Assembly (NCBI RefSeq): GCF_006345805.1
Contig: NC_043008.1
Span: 71,672,001 to 71,736,000 of the forward strand
DNA length: 64,000 bases
Direction: 5' to 3'
Origin: Octopus sinensis
Taxonomy: Eukaryota
Below the pieces are notes generated by a model. The model was not told where the DNA came from. It was given only the letters and a program-made list of their open reading frames with translations, and searched no databases. Both the position numbers and the translations under genes were made by a program. This document shows positions 1 to 10,351 of the stretch, one piece after another. Each line of letters opens with the position of its first letter. The stretch's first letter is position 1.

Positions 1-128
1 GTGAAAGAGTACCACCCCCTGCCGGACCCTGGTTGGACTACGTGTTTTCGCTCAATAAACACTCACAACACTCGGTCCGGGAATCAAAACCGTGATCCTA
101 TGACCGAGTCCGCTGCCTAAACCACTGG
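1..128 (-). mobile_element. tRNA-derived SINE, 5' head (cut by window edge)
   Basis: Minus strand reads CCCAGTGGTTTAGGCAGCGGACTCGG...GGTTTTGATTCCCGGACCG, with A-box and B-box-like motifs. Same family as 6357-6651. Confidence 0.8.
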
Positions 129-163
129 GACACTGTGACTCCACACCCACATACTCATGCACG

Positions 164-199
<36 letters not shown>

Positions 200-1510
200 T
201 ATATATTACCTGGAAATGGATGCGTAGCGTTCGATCATATAGTAATATAAATAATATATAGATATATGCATATATACATACATGTATGTACATACCTACA
301 CGCACATATATATATTATTATATATATATATATACATGCATAAATGGGCACAGGACATAAAAAACGTGAACAAAATGAGAAACGAGAACATAAAAAGGAA
401 AAACATAGAAAACGAACATTTTTTCGAACAACGGAAGAAACAAATAGAGAAATGAGACAAGCAACAAAAATAACATTCCCTTCATCAGTTGTCGCTGTTT
501 CATCTACTCCGCGTTTTAGAAGCGACTTCGTTGAAACAGTTCTTCCCGCAAAGCAAATTAAATAAAATTTGGGATTTTTTGCGGAGGGTTAAAGTGGCAA
601 GAACAGCAGAAATGTAAGAACAAATCAGTAAAAATAAATGGTGAGGGCTGTTAATCCATGATGAGGTGAAGATTTAAACGCTGGTAATATGAGCTTTGAG
701 AAGAGACAAGCAAAAGTACGTCGTGTCTTTAGGAAGGAAGTGGAAGAAAGAAAGATTGATAGTCGTTGGTCACATGCAAGGAACAAGAGAGTCAAGGAGG
801 AAGAGTAAGAGAGAGAGAGAGAGAGAGAACGGTGAACGATAGAGGAGAAGAATAGGGTTGGAGAGAAAAAAACAGAAAGGAAGAAGGACCAGAGAGGGAG
901 ATAGATAGAAAGAATAGAGATAGGATGTCGTTTGCGCATCGGAATTATTAAAATAAAACTTACTTGGAAATGGATGCGTGGCGTTCGATCATATAATGAT
1001 ATAAATAATATATATATATATATATATATTATATGCACATATGCATACATATATGTGCATATGCATGTATATATACACATATATGTAGGTATGTACAAAT
1101 ATGTATATATGCATGTATTTGTATAATATATATATATACACACGGAGTGAGAGAGAAAGAATATTCTGATGCTTGCAGTATAGTATTTATTAGATTTGCT
1201 GACTGTTGCTAATAAAATATTTCTCACATCTTAGACGTGAATTATTTCTAAATTTTAGACGGTTTATGAGAATCAATAAGGTGTAATTAATACATATGTT
1301 TCAGATATTTTTGATCAGATCAACAATGACGAATTCTCTATAGGTTAATATTATATAAATATTGGTAAAATTCAAGTTATACCACTTCTAAAGTAAACTG
1401 ACTTTTATAAATTACTTAATATATATATATTAGCAATAGTCGGCGCAGAACAAATCAGTTGCTTCACAGACTTCAAAACGATCGGTTGGGAATCTCTAAT
1501 CATGGTAACA

Positions 1511-1560
1511 TGTGCTGAAGAAGCTGAGGTTTATTTTGCCAGTGTAGAAACCGGACCACG
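1511..1560 (+). ncRNA. Type I hammerhead ribozyme motif, probably inactive copy (family H1)
   Basis: TGTG-CTGAAGA(1515-1521)-25 nt helix II-GAAA(1547-1550)-CCGG-A-C-CACG. Helix I is GTG/CAC. Helix III would be the palindrome ACCGGT, but position 16.1 is A instead of T. Confidence 0.5.
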
Positions 1561-1720
1561 CGAGTCCAGTCACTTAAATATATGTTAGTAGATTGCCTTA
1601 ACCCGATTTTGCCTTCGTTTGATTTCTGTAGTTAACATTAGTGTATCTTATGGCGATTTAATAAGAGTTTTGACTGTTATTTCAAGCAGGTAGACATACT
1701 TATTATGTACTTTGATCAAT

Positions 1721-1784
<64 letters not shown>

Positions 1785-2068
1785 ATTTCAACAATTGAGG
1801 GTAAAATTAATTAATTATTAATCAATTTCGCCAAGTATTCAGTATGTAAAGGGACCATTTTAGGCGATTCAAAATATTACATTATATATAAGGGCTTAGT
1901 AAAATAAATTACTTTGCCACATACTGAACTCATTAGAAATAGCAGCTAAAGAAATTTCTTTAGCTATTTCTAATACTTAAAGAAGATCTCTCTCAGATAG
2001 TGTTTGCTCAAACCAACTCACAGAGGTATGGGGGAAAAAACATTAAAAAACCAAGTGCAAAGGTTATT

Positions 2069-2120
2069 TGAGAACGTACGTTTCTAGATTAGTCAAATCG
2101 ACATTTCTTTCGTCAGTTCA
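2069..2120 (-). ncRNA. Type I hammerhead ribozyme motif (family H2, left arm)
   Basis: Minus strand: TGAA-CTGACGA-AAGAAATGTCGATTTGACTAATCTA-GAA-ACGTACGT-T-CTCA. Core intact, helix III palindromic, A.C mismatch in the first pair of helix I. Confidence 0.6.
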
Positions 2121-2562
2121 GAACTCCTTGATTCGGATTTGGGAACACTGAAAGTGGGAGCATACCTTTTTGGCTTCTTATCACCTCTAGAATTCTGCTC
2201 GAACTAAAAGTGCTTTCAAATTCAAAATATGCAAGCGAAGAATTTTTGCTCTCCCCTTTCCACCAGCGTGGGTTGAAATTGATAAACACAATGTTTTATC
2301 GGTGAAAACCGAAGCATTAAACAGAGAGAAATGAATTATAATTTCAAAAATTGAGGGTAAAATTAATTAATTACTAATCAATTTCACCAAGTATTCAGTA
2401 TGTAAAGGGACCATTTTAGGCAAATTCAAAATATTACATTATATTACATTGCATATTTTGAATTTGAAAGCACTTTTAGTTCGAGCAGAATTCTAGAGGT
2501 GATAAGAAGCCAAAAAGGTATGCTCCCACTTTCAGTGTTCCCAAATCCGAATCAAGGAGTTC

Positions 2563-2614
2563 TGAGCTGATGAAAGAAATGTCGATTTGACTAATCTAGA
2601 AACGTACGTTCTCA
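2563..2614 (+). ncRNA. Type I hammerhead ribozyme motif (family H2, right arm)
   Basis: TGAG(2563-2566)-CTGATGA(2567-2573)-helix II (AGA/TCT and GTC/GAC around an internal loop)-GAA-ACGTACGT(2602-2609)-T-CTCA(2611-2614). Predicted cleavage 3' of 2610 (GUU). Confidence 0.7.
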
Positions 2615-2806
2615 AATAACCTTTGCACTTTATTTTCTAATGTTTTTCCCCCATACCTTTGTGAGTTGGTTTGAGCAAACACTATCTGAGAGAGATCTTC
2701 TTTAAGTATTAGAAATAGCTAAAGAAATTTCTTTAGCTGCTATTTCTAATGAGTTCAGTATGTGGCAAGTAATTTATTTTACTAAGCCCTTATATATAAT
2801 GTAAAT

Positions 2807-2837
<31 letters not shown>

Positions 2838-2848
2838 ATATATATATA

Positions 2849-2914
<66 letters not shown>

Positions 2915-2997
2915 CATGTATGTATGTATGTATGTATATATATATATACATGCACACGCACATATATATTACGCACACACACACACACATATATATT

Positions 2998-3039
<42 letters not shown>

Positions 3040-3180
3040 TTATATACATTCTTAGACAGCATATTTTCGTACAAAGAATTTACGTATTTATACACATGCT
3101 AAGAAGGCCAGTTAAAGCCCAACCACGAATAAGCCCAATTTCAAAGGAATGGAAATAAAAAAAAAACACTTTTGTAGTTA

Positions 3181-3251
3181 CCATCAGATTCAATTTTCTG
3201 TATCAATGTGCAAAATAGATTAATTTGCCATCCATACTCATTCAGTGAGGG
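3181..3251 (-). ncRNA. Degenerate hammerhead motif (family H3)
   Basis: Homologous to 3651-3721, but the core reads CTGAATG, helix III reads AATTGAAT and helix I has a mismatch. Confidence 0.55.
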
Positions 3252-3650
3252 CGTTAAAATTAACACATACTTATGCAGCAAATAGCACCGAAAATACACG
3301 TCCTACGTTCTTATACACTATAATTTTCAAATTCACCGCACAACCGCAGTTTCATACGTCAGTAAATAAAAAATTAAAATTGCGTAACAGAAAGGATTTG
3401 AAAGCACGAAAATTTTACTGTGAAAATTATAAGGAAAGAAAATGTAAAATAAGTTCCATACCGGTGGCTAGCATGCGTTATAAGGTCAACAGACAACATG
3501 TGTTCATATATCGTAATGTACAAACAATTCAATTATTTATGCACGAAAGAGGTGACACCTTACATGATAGAAAGGGCAGTTAAAGCCCAAAAGACGAATA
3601 AGAGCAATTTCAAAGGGAATGAAAATATTAAAAGAGTATTCTTGGAGTTA

Positions 3651-3721
3651 CCCTCAGACTCGAGTTTCTATATCAATATGCAAAATATATTAATTTGCAA
3701 TCCGTATTTCTTCAGTGAGGG
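3651..3721 (-). ncRNA. Type I hammerhead ribozyme, best-preserved copy (family H3)
   Basis: Minus strand: CCCTCA-CTGAAGA-40 nt helix II (ATA/TAT base, TGCAAA/TTTGCA top)-GAA-ACTCGAGT-C-TGAGGG. Perfect 6-bp helix I, palindromic helix III, GUC cleavage triplet (cut between 3657 and 3656). Confidence 0.85.
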
Positions 3722-3747
3722 CGTTGAATTTAATATTAATTTTAGCG

Positions 3748-3818
3748 CCTTCACTGAAGAAACACGGTTTCAAAATTTAATTATCATGCACATCGATATA
3801 GAAACTTGAGTCTGAGGG
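3748..3818 (+). ncRNA. Type I hammerhead ribozyme motif (family H3, inverted arm)
   Basis: CCTTCA(3748-3753)-CTGAAGA(3754-3760)-40 nt-GAAA(3801-3804)-CTTGAG-TC(3811-3812)-TGAGGG(3813-3818). Differences from the 3651 copy in helices I and III give G.U wobbles; helix II is weaker. Confidence 0.75.
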
Positions 3819-4089
3819 TAACTACAAAAAATATTTTTCATTGTCTTTGAAATTGGTCTTATTCGTGGTTTGGGTTTTAACTGCCCTTTCTAACATGTAA
3901 GGTGTCCTGTCAGAGGTCATCTCTTTCGTGTGTAAATATATAAATTGTTTATGCACTATTATATATATATGTGTCTGTGTGTGTGTGTGTATGTGTGTGC
4001 GTGTATGTATATATATATGCACACATATCGTTAGCAGTTCATATGTCCGAAAAAGTACACTCTGAAGCATTAGAGCAGTAATGAAATTT

Positions 4090-4440
4090 TAGGACGTTAA
4101 CAGTTATGGCCAGTCATACAGTGACCATTGATTTCGCACCTCTCAAGCTATTTGAGTATATATGAGAAATGTCGGACCCAAATGGCTAACGGCGCATAAC
4201 CTACCTAGAAATAAAGGAGGAGATACCTAACTGGCAGCTTGTTTTATAAAACAAGAAATAATCGTCAATACTGTGGATGGTGTCAGTGCTATTATCCCCT
4301 TTACATGCGCTCCAACCATTGTGACATTCGAAAGCACTGTGGCGGGACTATTCAACGAATGGGGAATCCCAAATATGAATTAGGAAACGTTTAAGTGTTT
4401 TTATGACAGTTAAAAGAACGCAATGGGCGCAGATCCTGGA
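4090..4440 (-). pseudogene. Possible highly decayed mariner transposase fragment
   Basis: Manual minus-strand translation gives DTIHSI...QLGIS...MRR/LAIWVRH, resembling the mariner LGIS...WVPR.L region. Many stops and frameshifts. Confidence 0.3.
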
Positions 4441-6313
4441 TAGTCTCGCGTGCTTTTTCGATACAGTAACTTAGGAATATTGTCCTCTGCACCCCATATG
4501 CTTGTCTCTTTTACTCTGTCATCTGTCTGTCTGTCTATCTCCCTCTCTCTTCCCCCTCTCCCCTCTCTCCCTCTCTCTCCTGCTTTTTCTTTTTATACTC
4601 AACATACAGAAACGTGGTGTGAGAAATCAAGAGTGCAGATAATGACCTGTAATATTGTGCAGACAGTAAGTTGTGATATTTGGAGTGTAGAATTAGGTTT
4701 GTAGACATCGAATTTCATACATCTCACCTTGTCTTTCTCCCCTCCCTCTCGCTTTCCTTCCTTTCCCTCTTTCTGAACTCACATTGCTTAACAGGAATAT
4801 ACACTTGGCCTTCTGTGAATACTAAACAGCAAAGCCAGAGATAATATATAAAGATCAAATGATCCACCCATTGATAATATGATTTATTGGTAGCACATGG
4901 GTGTTGACTTCAAAATATGCTGTAGACATTCTGTTTTATCTTTTTATGAGATTATTTATTCTGGTACCTGATATTGCCATGCTCGTCAGAAATAAATAAC
5001 AGATTTTCTAGAAGTCTTAGCTTTGAAATCCTCTGTACATTAACAGAGTTATCTCTTATCTACGATCTATGAAGAATTTCAAGGTGTAGGAATTTCGTGG
5101 ATATTACATAGATGCAAGCGTGCGTGTGCTTGTGTGTGTGTGTGTGTGTGTGTTGTATGACATACGGCATAACTAATATGTTGTGTGTCATATAATTTTT
5201 ATATTAGATGTCTGTAATTTTGCTGTAAAATACTCCCTATGAGAGACAAGTTAAGGGGAATACTTCTGCGTGCGTAAGACGTCTGTAATGACAAGTGTAT
5301 ATGTATGCAAATGTGACAATATGTGTGTAAGTATACTGCCATAACGAACAGAAGTATCCTGATTGTAATGTACTCTGATACTGTGTATTTCCAATGCAAT
5401 AAAGAACAGGCATATCCTTTCAATAAATACTTTCATATCTTTTGTGTTATTCCATTGTTCGAGAATATGTGACAGTATAAGAAACATTAAATGCCACCAG
5501 TGAAAAGGATTAATTACTGAAAAATTCCATTTCGGAAGAAACGGTGTGTCTTTTTCTAAAGCATTGAAGAAAATTGAGATATTCAAAAGAATAATATCTA
5601 CCCGTGGACCAAACTAGCTTAAGTTTTGACACTTTGAGACTCTTAATTCAAATGACGTCATACATAAGAACGAATTCTGTACTTTTTCTTTGAAACTCTA
5701 TGTTTACTGTCCGTAACTCAACTTAATATATAATGTGGTACACATAAGAGTAAACATAGTGTAAACGTTATAATTCATGAAAATTACAAAATGAATATTA
5801 TAACGTTTATAAAGATATTTATAATTTAATTTTCAAATTGATAGATGCGAAAGTAAACTGCAGGTAAATATTTTAAATTGATTTGGCTGATTTGGATGAA
5901 GCATCATCCATTATCAGAATAATATAAACAGGAATAGTTTCGTCGAGATTTTAGTCGAACACAAATGAAAGGAAATTCAGGTTTAATACGAAATAAAGCT
6001 AAGGTAGAAGTGAAAATCATTTGCTTCACCGGACGGTTGCTGCTGTATGTAAATGTAGGCTGCGAAACAGATAACAAAATAAGGTTCGGACAATTAAAGC
6101 GGAAACAATTTCCAGTGGGTACACATATTTTAAGCTGCTTAATATGTGCACTGACATCATTTCATCTCACAAGATAACAGATATAAAGATTATTACGCAC
6201 TACATATTCAAATTGAAAGGAAGTTAACGTGCGCGTATGGGGAGGAAATGCATTACACATATGCAGTATGCATATGTGAGTCGGGGAGTTTGATTGAATA
6301 AATTGTTCATTGT

Positions 6314-6356
<43 letters not shown>

Positions 6357-6359
<3 letters not shown>

Positions 6360-6651
6360 ACCGTGACCGTGACCAACCAGGCTATCAGATGCTCTTACAC
6401 ATTGCTAGTCACAATGCGCTTCGCATTGTTTTAGCCTTCAAATGACGCCACCCCGCTGGATACGTGAGCAGTCCAAGAGAAGAAAGAGTGAGAGAAAGTT
6501 GTGGCGAAAGAGTGCAGCAGGGATCGCCACCATCTCCTGCCAGAGCTTCGTGGAGCTTTAGGTATTTTCACTCAATAAACATTCACAACGCCCGGTCTGG
6601 GAATCGAAATCGCGATCCTACAACCGCGAGTCCGCTGCCCTAACCACTGAG
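6357..6651 (-). mobile_element. tRNA-derived SINE, near full length
   Basis: Minus strand begins GCTCAGTGGTTAGGGCAGCGG...GATTTCGATTCCCAGACC and ends in a GGTCAC-repeat tail running into (TA)n. Homologous to 1-128. Confidence 0.85.
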
Positions 6652-7989
6652 CTTCCACACACACACACACATACACACACACATATCACATATATATATA
6701 CACACATACGTATATATCCTTGCGAATATCCAAAAGTATCGTAATTCCAAAACGTTGCTTCGACATTTACAGAAAGGAGAAAATAATTTCACTATTCCAA
6801 AGCAAAACCGTTGTACTACAATTTGACAATTCTTGTATATCTGGGCATCTGAAGCGGCTGAAGATCCGGCGGTTTAATCAAATGAACCTGCTAATGTAAG
6901 CAAAAATAGATATGAAAACGCATTTGGGTGAATTTGGACATACCACAGTTTAACATAATAGCAACTATATATGTCTGTGTGTATTTATATATATGTATAT
7001 ATATGTATGTATATATGTGTGCGTGTATGCATATATACTTATACATATATATGCTTATATGTATGTATGTATAGAGAGAATAAAAGGTAAAGCGCTATAG
7101 CCGGACTGGCAGATGGTTTGCCTATATGATTCGAAAGGAAGAGTATCTAGCATTTCTTTGTTTTTTTTTCTGATCCTTCTAAAACTGCTCGCGCTTAACC
7201 TTTATATATCAGCTGAACCATGCTGCTTATCCTAATAATTGAGCAAAAAAGCTGGGTACGTGTTTTTTTTTATTTCTGAGAAGTGATCAGCAAACCGTTA
7301 AACACTCCAGCAATATACTTCTTTACTTATTTTTCCGCACATTATTTCCATAAGTATAATGTGTTTGCATTCTCCCTTCATGCGCAGTGTGACTTGACTG
7401 GAGAAATTATAAATTTGGTTATCCACAATGACTAATTTATGCCTGATTTTTACGATGTTTGAGCAGAAAATATTGTCGGCCGGTGCCATGAAAAGAGAAC
7501 TACAAGACAAAAATTCGACCATTAATCCCCGAATTAATGCCCTTCTGACGTCACAAACTTTAACGTCGATTCCATTAAATAAAGGTAAGAATTCCTGGAT
7601 CTCTTTGTTTGGGATAGCGAGCGGCTGCTTCGTCACATTCTATTGTATTTCCTCTGCCTTATGTTTAGTGTCAGAGTCATAGAACATCGACTCATTATCT
7701 GTTATGACTATTAAAAAAAATGCTTGTCTTACTCAACACGGTCAAGGTGCTGCACATATGAAACATGATGTTTTTACACGTCCACGCTTTACACATTTTA
7801 CTTCAAAGCACTGTAATACACGATAAAATTCACGAAACGATCCCCATTTTCTCGTATTTCAATTGTCTGCTTTTACATTCTTATTTCACCCTCAATGGCG
7901 GTTTACAAATACTAAATACTAAATAATGTTTGTTCTTTTTATATCAGATGTACTCCACAGTATAGAACTGGTGCACACTAAGTTTGAAA

Positions 7990-8420
7990 ATACGTTTCCT
8001 AATTTGAAATGAGATTTTCGTGGAAATTAAACACTGTACCATTATATGCAGAATTTAGCAATGCTGCTTTTTAGAAAGTAGCAATGGCTGATCATCACTG
8101 GTTGCGTATCACTCAAATTTTATGAATTCCGTATGTAACAACAGGCACATTCCTCAAGTTCTATGTTTTTAGCTCGATAGCACCATCTGTGTAACTCCTT
8201 AGTTTGGCATTTCACTCCTGTACACCATTATGGTCGGTTGGTATTGTTACATCGATAATTCGCTTGCTATTGTCATTTCCGTAATGGAAAATTATATCCC
8301 GATTAATACTCTCTGCTGGTCTGTCTCGATACTAATAGTCAATTATACATTTGTGTTGCCATTTTCTTAGATAAATGGTAATTCTTATGGATTCAGCAGA
8401 ACTATTTCTCGAAGAAATGC
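7990..8420 (-). mobile_element. Old fragment of an RLE-type LINE (R4/Dong-like) endonuclease region
   Basis: Minus-strand translation RDRPAESINRDIIF...KRIIDVTIPTDHNGVQE*NAKLRSYTDGAIELKT*NLRNVPVVTYGI parallels the endonuclease region of the copies at 35.9-36.2 kb and 52.7-53.0 kb. Confidence 0.55.
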
Positions 8421-8455
8421 AGGTGTAATCAGACATTTAATACATACGTATTTGC

Positions 8456-8493
<38 letters not shown>

Positions 8494-9464
8494 AATCATT
8501 TTATTATATTATTGTGATTTGAAGTATATTTGGTGGAACCTACTGTTAAACATCTCAATATGATGTATTATTTCAGAATCTACCTTACATATTCAACATT
8601 AGTAATTTAGTCATATACATCATTAGTCATTTGCTCATATACTATATTGCTAATGTGTGTTATATCATTCGAAGACATTCCCTCTAGAGCTTACTGACAA
8701 TGCAATTCCTGATAAAGCGCAGCTGCATTCCAAGGCTTTAACATCTGGATGATGATCGAACTGCATCACTAACTGAGGAGGCGAAGGAAGAAAGGCAGGA
8801 GGAGAAGCAGGAGGAATCACAAAAGTTGAAGAAAACGATTTTTAAAACACTACTCGCTCGTGAAGAAAGAAAGATTTTACAAGATGAAATAGAGGCTTCA
8901 CTTATGAGTCTGGAATAGTGTTTAGAGCTTCCTCTTACAAGAATTAATAAAACAAAATATAAGCTTGTGTTTTGATTTTGGACAACACATTTTTCCCTCT
9001 CACGTCAGGCGTAGAAAATGTACATTGATATTTCACGCTACTACAGCAAAAAGGAATTGTAAGCGTACAAAATAAATACATTTCCACAGACGAAAAATAA
9101 AAACAGTAGACAAAATATACATCGGCAAAGAAGAAGACCCCATCCTCAACAAAAAAGGGAAAAAAATTCACTAGACAAAATAAACAGTGGAGTTGCAGAA
9201 TTGGTAAATTGAATTTAGATACATTTAAATTTTTCAGTTTAAATTTGACCAGTGATGACTTTTGTTTCCTGTTGTTAAGGGTGGGCAATTTAAATACTAG
9301 TCAACTGGAATCGATGTAATTATGCCTTAACCGCCGTGTATTTGGTGGCATAGTATTATCATATCAAACTATTGCTGTTTTATTACGAAGTATTATCAAA
9401 CCAGCTAGAGTCTAACTCCTAGTGCGTGTATATCGCTTCGTACGTACATTTTCTGATGTCTATA

Positions 9465-10040
9465 ATCTTTTCTGCTCTAGGCTCAAAAATTTGGGGAAGA
9501 GAGCCAGTCGATTATATCGACTCCAGTACGCAGCTGGTACTTAATTTATCAGCCCCGAAATGATAAAAAGCAAAGTCGACCTCGGCGAAATTTGAACTCA
9601 GAACGTAAAGACCGACGAAATACCTATTTCTTTACTACCCACAAGGGGCTAAACACAGAGAGGACAAACAAGAACAGACAAACGGATGAAGTCGATTATA
9701 TAGTTCCCAGTGCGTAACTGGTACTTAATTTATCGACCCAGAAAGGATGAAAGGCAAAGTCGACCTCGGCGGAATTTGAAATCAGAACGTAACGGCAGAC
9801 GAAATACGGCTACGCATTACGCCCGGCATGCTAACGTTTCTGCCAGCTCACCTCCTTTTATTCTGATGTCTTTATTTATTTTCTTTATTGCACACCAGCG
9901 GCTAAACATATATGGGTCAAACAAGGACAGAGAAAGGGATTAAGTCAATTACATCGACCTCGAAAGGATGAAAGGCAAAGTTGACCTCGGCGAAATTTCA
10001 ACTCAAAACAGCGCCAACACTTCTGCCAGCTCGGCGTCTT
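9465..10040 (-). mobile_element. Three tandem copies of the most abundant tRNA-derived SINE (family E; central domain resembles the Meta/MESC core)
   Basis: Three occurrences of GAAAGGATGAAAGGCAAAGTCGACCTCGGCG(G/A)AATTTGAACTCAGAAC-like sequence. The reverse complement has the B-box GAGTTCAAATTCC. Confidence 0.85.
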
Positions 10041-10209
10041 TTTTCTGATGTCTATACTGGCTTGTGACTACATTACATTACCCGAAGATTGCACTGACGT
10101 TTCATATATCTTCGTCGTATTTCACATTACATTTCTTGGATTTGTATTTTATTGTAGCATTATTGCTTTCTATTTCTATTCCTATTTTTCCTCCGAAGAC
10201 GACTTTGTC

Positions 10210-10322
10210 TTTTATTCTTTCGGAACCGATAAATTAAGCACCGGTTGTTTCTGGAGTCGATCTAATCGACTGGCCGCCTCCCCAAAAATTGCGGGCCTTG
10301 TGCCTAGTGTAGAAAAGATTAC
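10210..10322 (+). mobile_element. Family E SINE 3' fragment
   Basis: TTTCGGAACCGATAAATTAAGCACC...GGGCCTTGTGCCTAGTGTAGAAAAG matches the tails of other copies. Confidence 0.7.
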
Positions 10323-10351
10323 TGTTTTCTATTTTCACTGTTCTTTTCAGT

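Larger units (their letters stand above)
1781..2804. mobile_element. Non-autonomous hammerhead-bearing repeat (family H2), tandem plus inverted arrangement, inside (TA)n
   Basis: Direct repeat 1781-1885 / 2337-2442 (period about 556 bp). Near-perfect inverted arms of about 356 bp at 1878-2234 / 2449-2804, each containing a hammerhead motif. A related deleted copy lies at 63816-63967. No ORF. Confidence 0.8.
3050..3965. mobile_element. Non-autonomous hammerhead-bearing repeat (family H3), two direct copies plus one inverted copy
   Basis: Diverged direct copies at about 3050-3255 and 3505-3724 (hammerheads 470 bp apart). Inverted copy at about 3745-3965, separated by a ~21 nt AT-rich spacer. 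Flanked by TA/TG microsatellites. Confidence 0.75.

Noticed and set aside
482-488. CTGATGA on the minus strand followed by AGGG (hammerhead-like start)
   Set aside because: No closing helix II strand and no properly placed GAAA or helix I.
5251-5586. 111-aa hydrophobic minus-strand ORF
   Set aside because: No recognisable motif or splice context, and its length is within chance expectation.
7400-8930. Series of apparent short plus-strand exons with GT/AG boundaries (for example AAAG|GTAAGA near 7585)
   Set aside because: No consistent reading frame across them, and part of the region is better explained as a minus-strand RLE LINE remnant.
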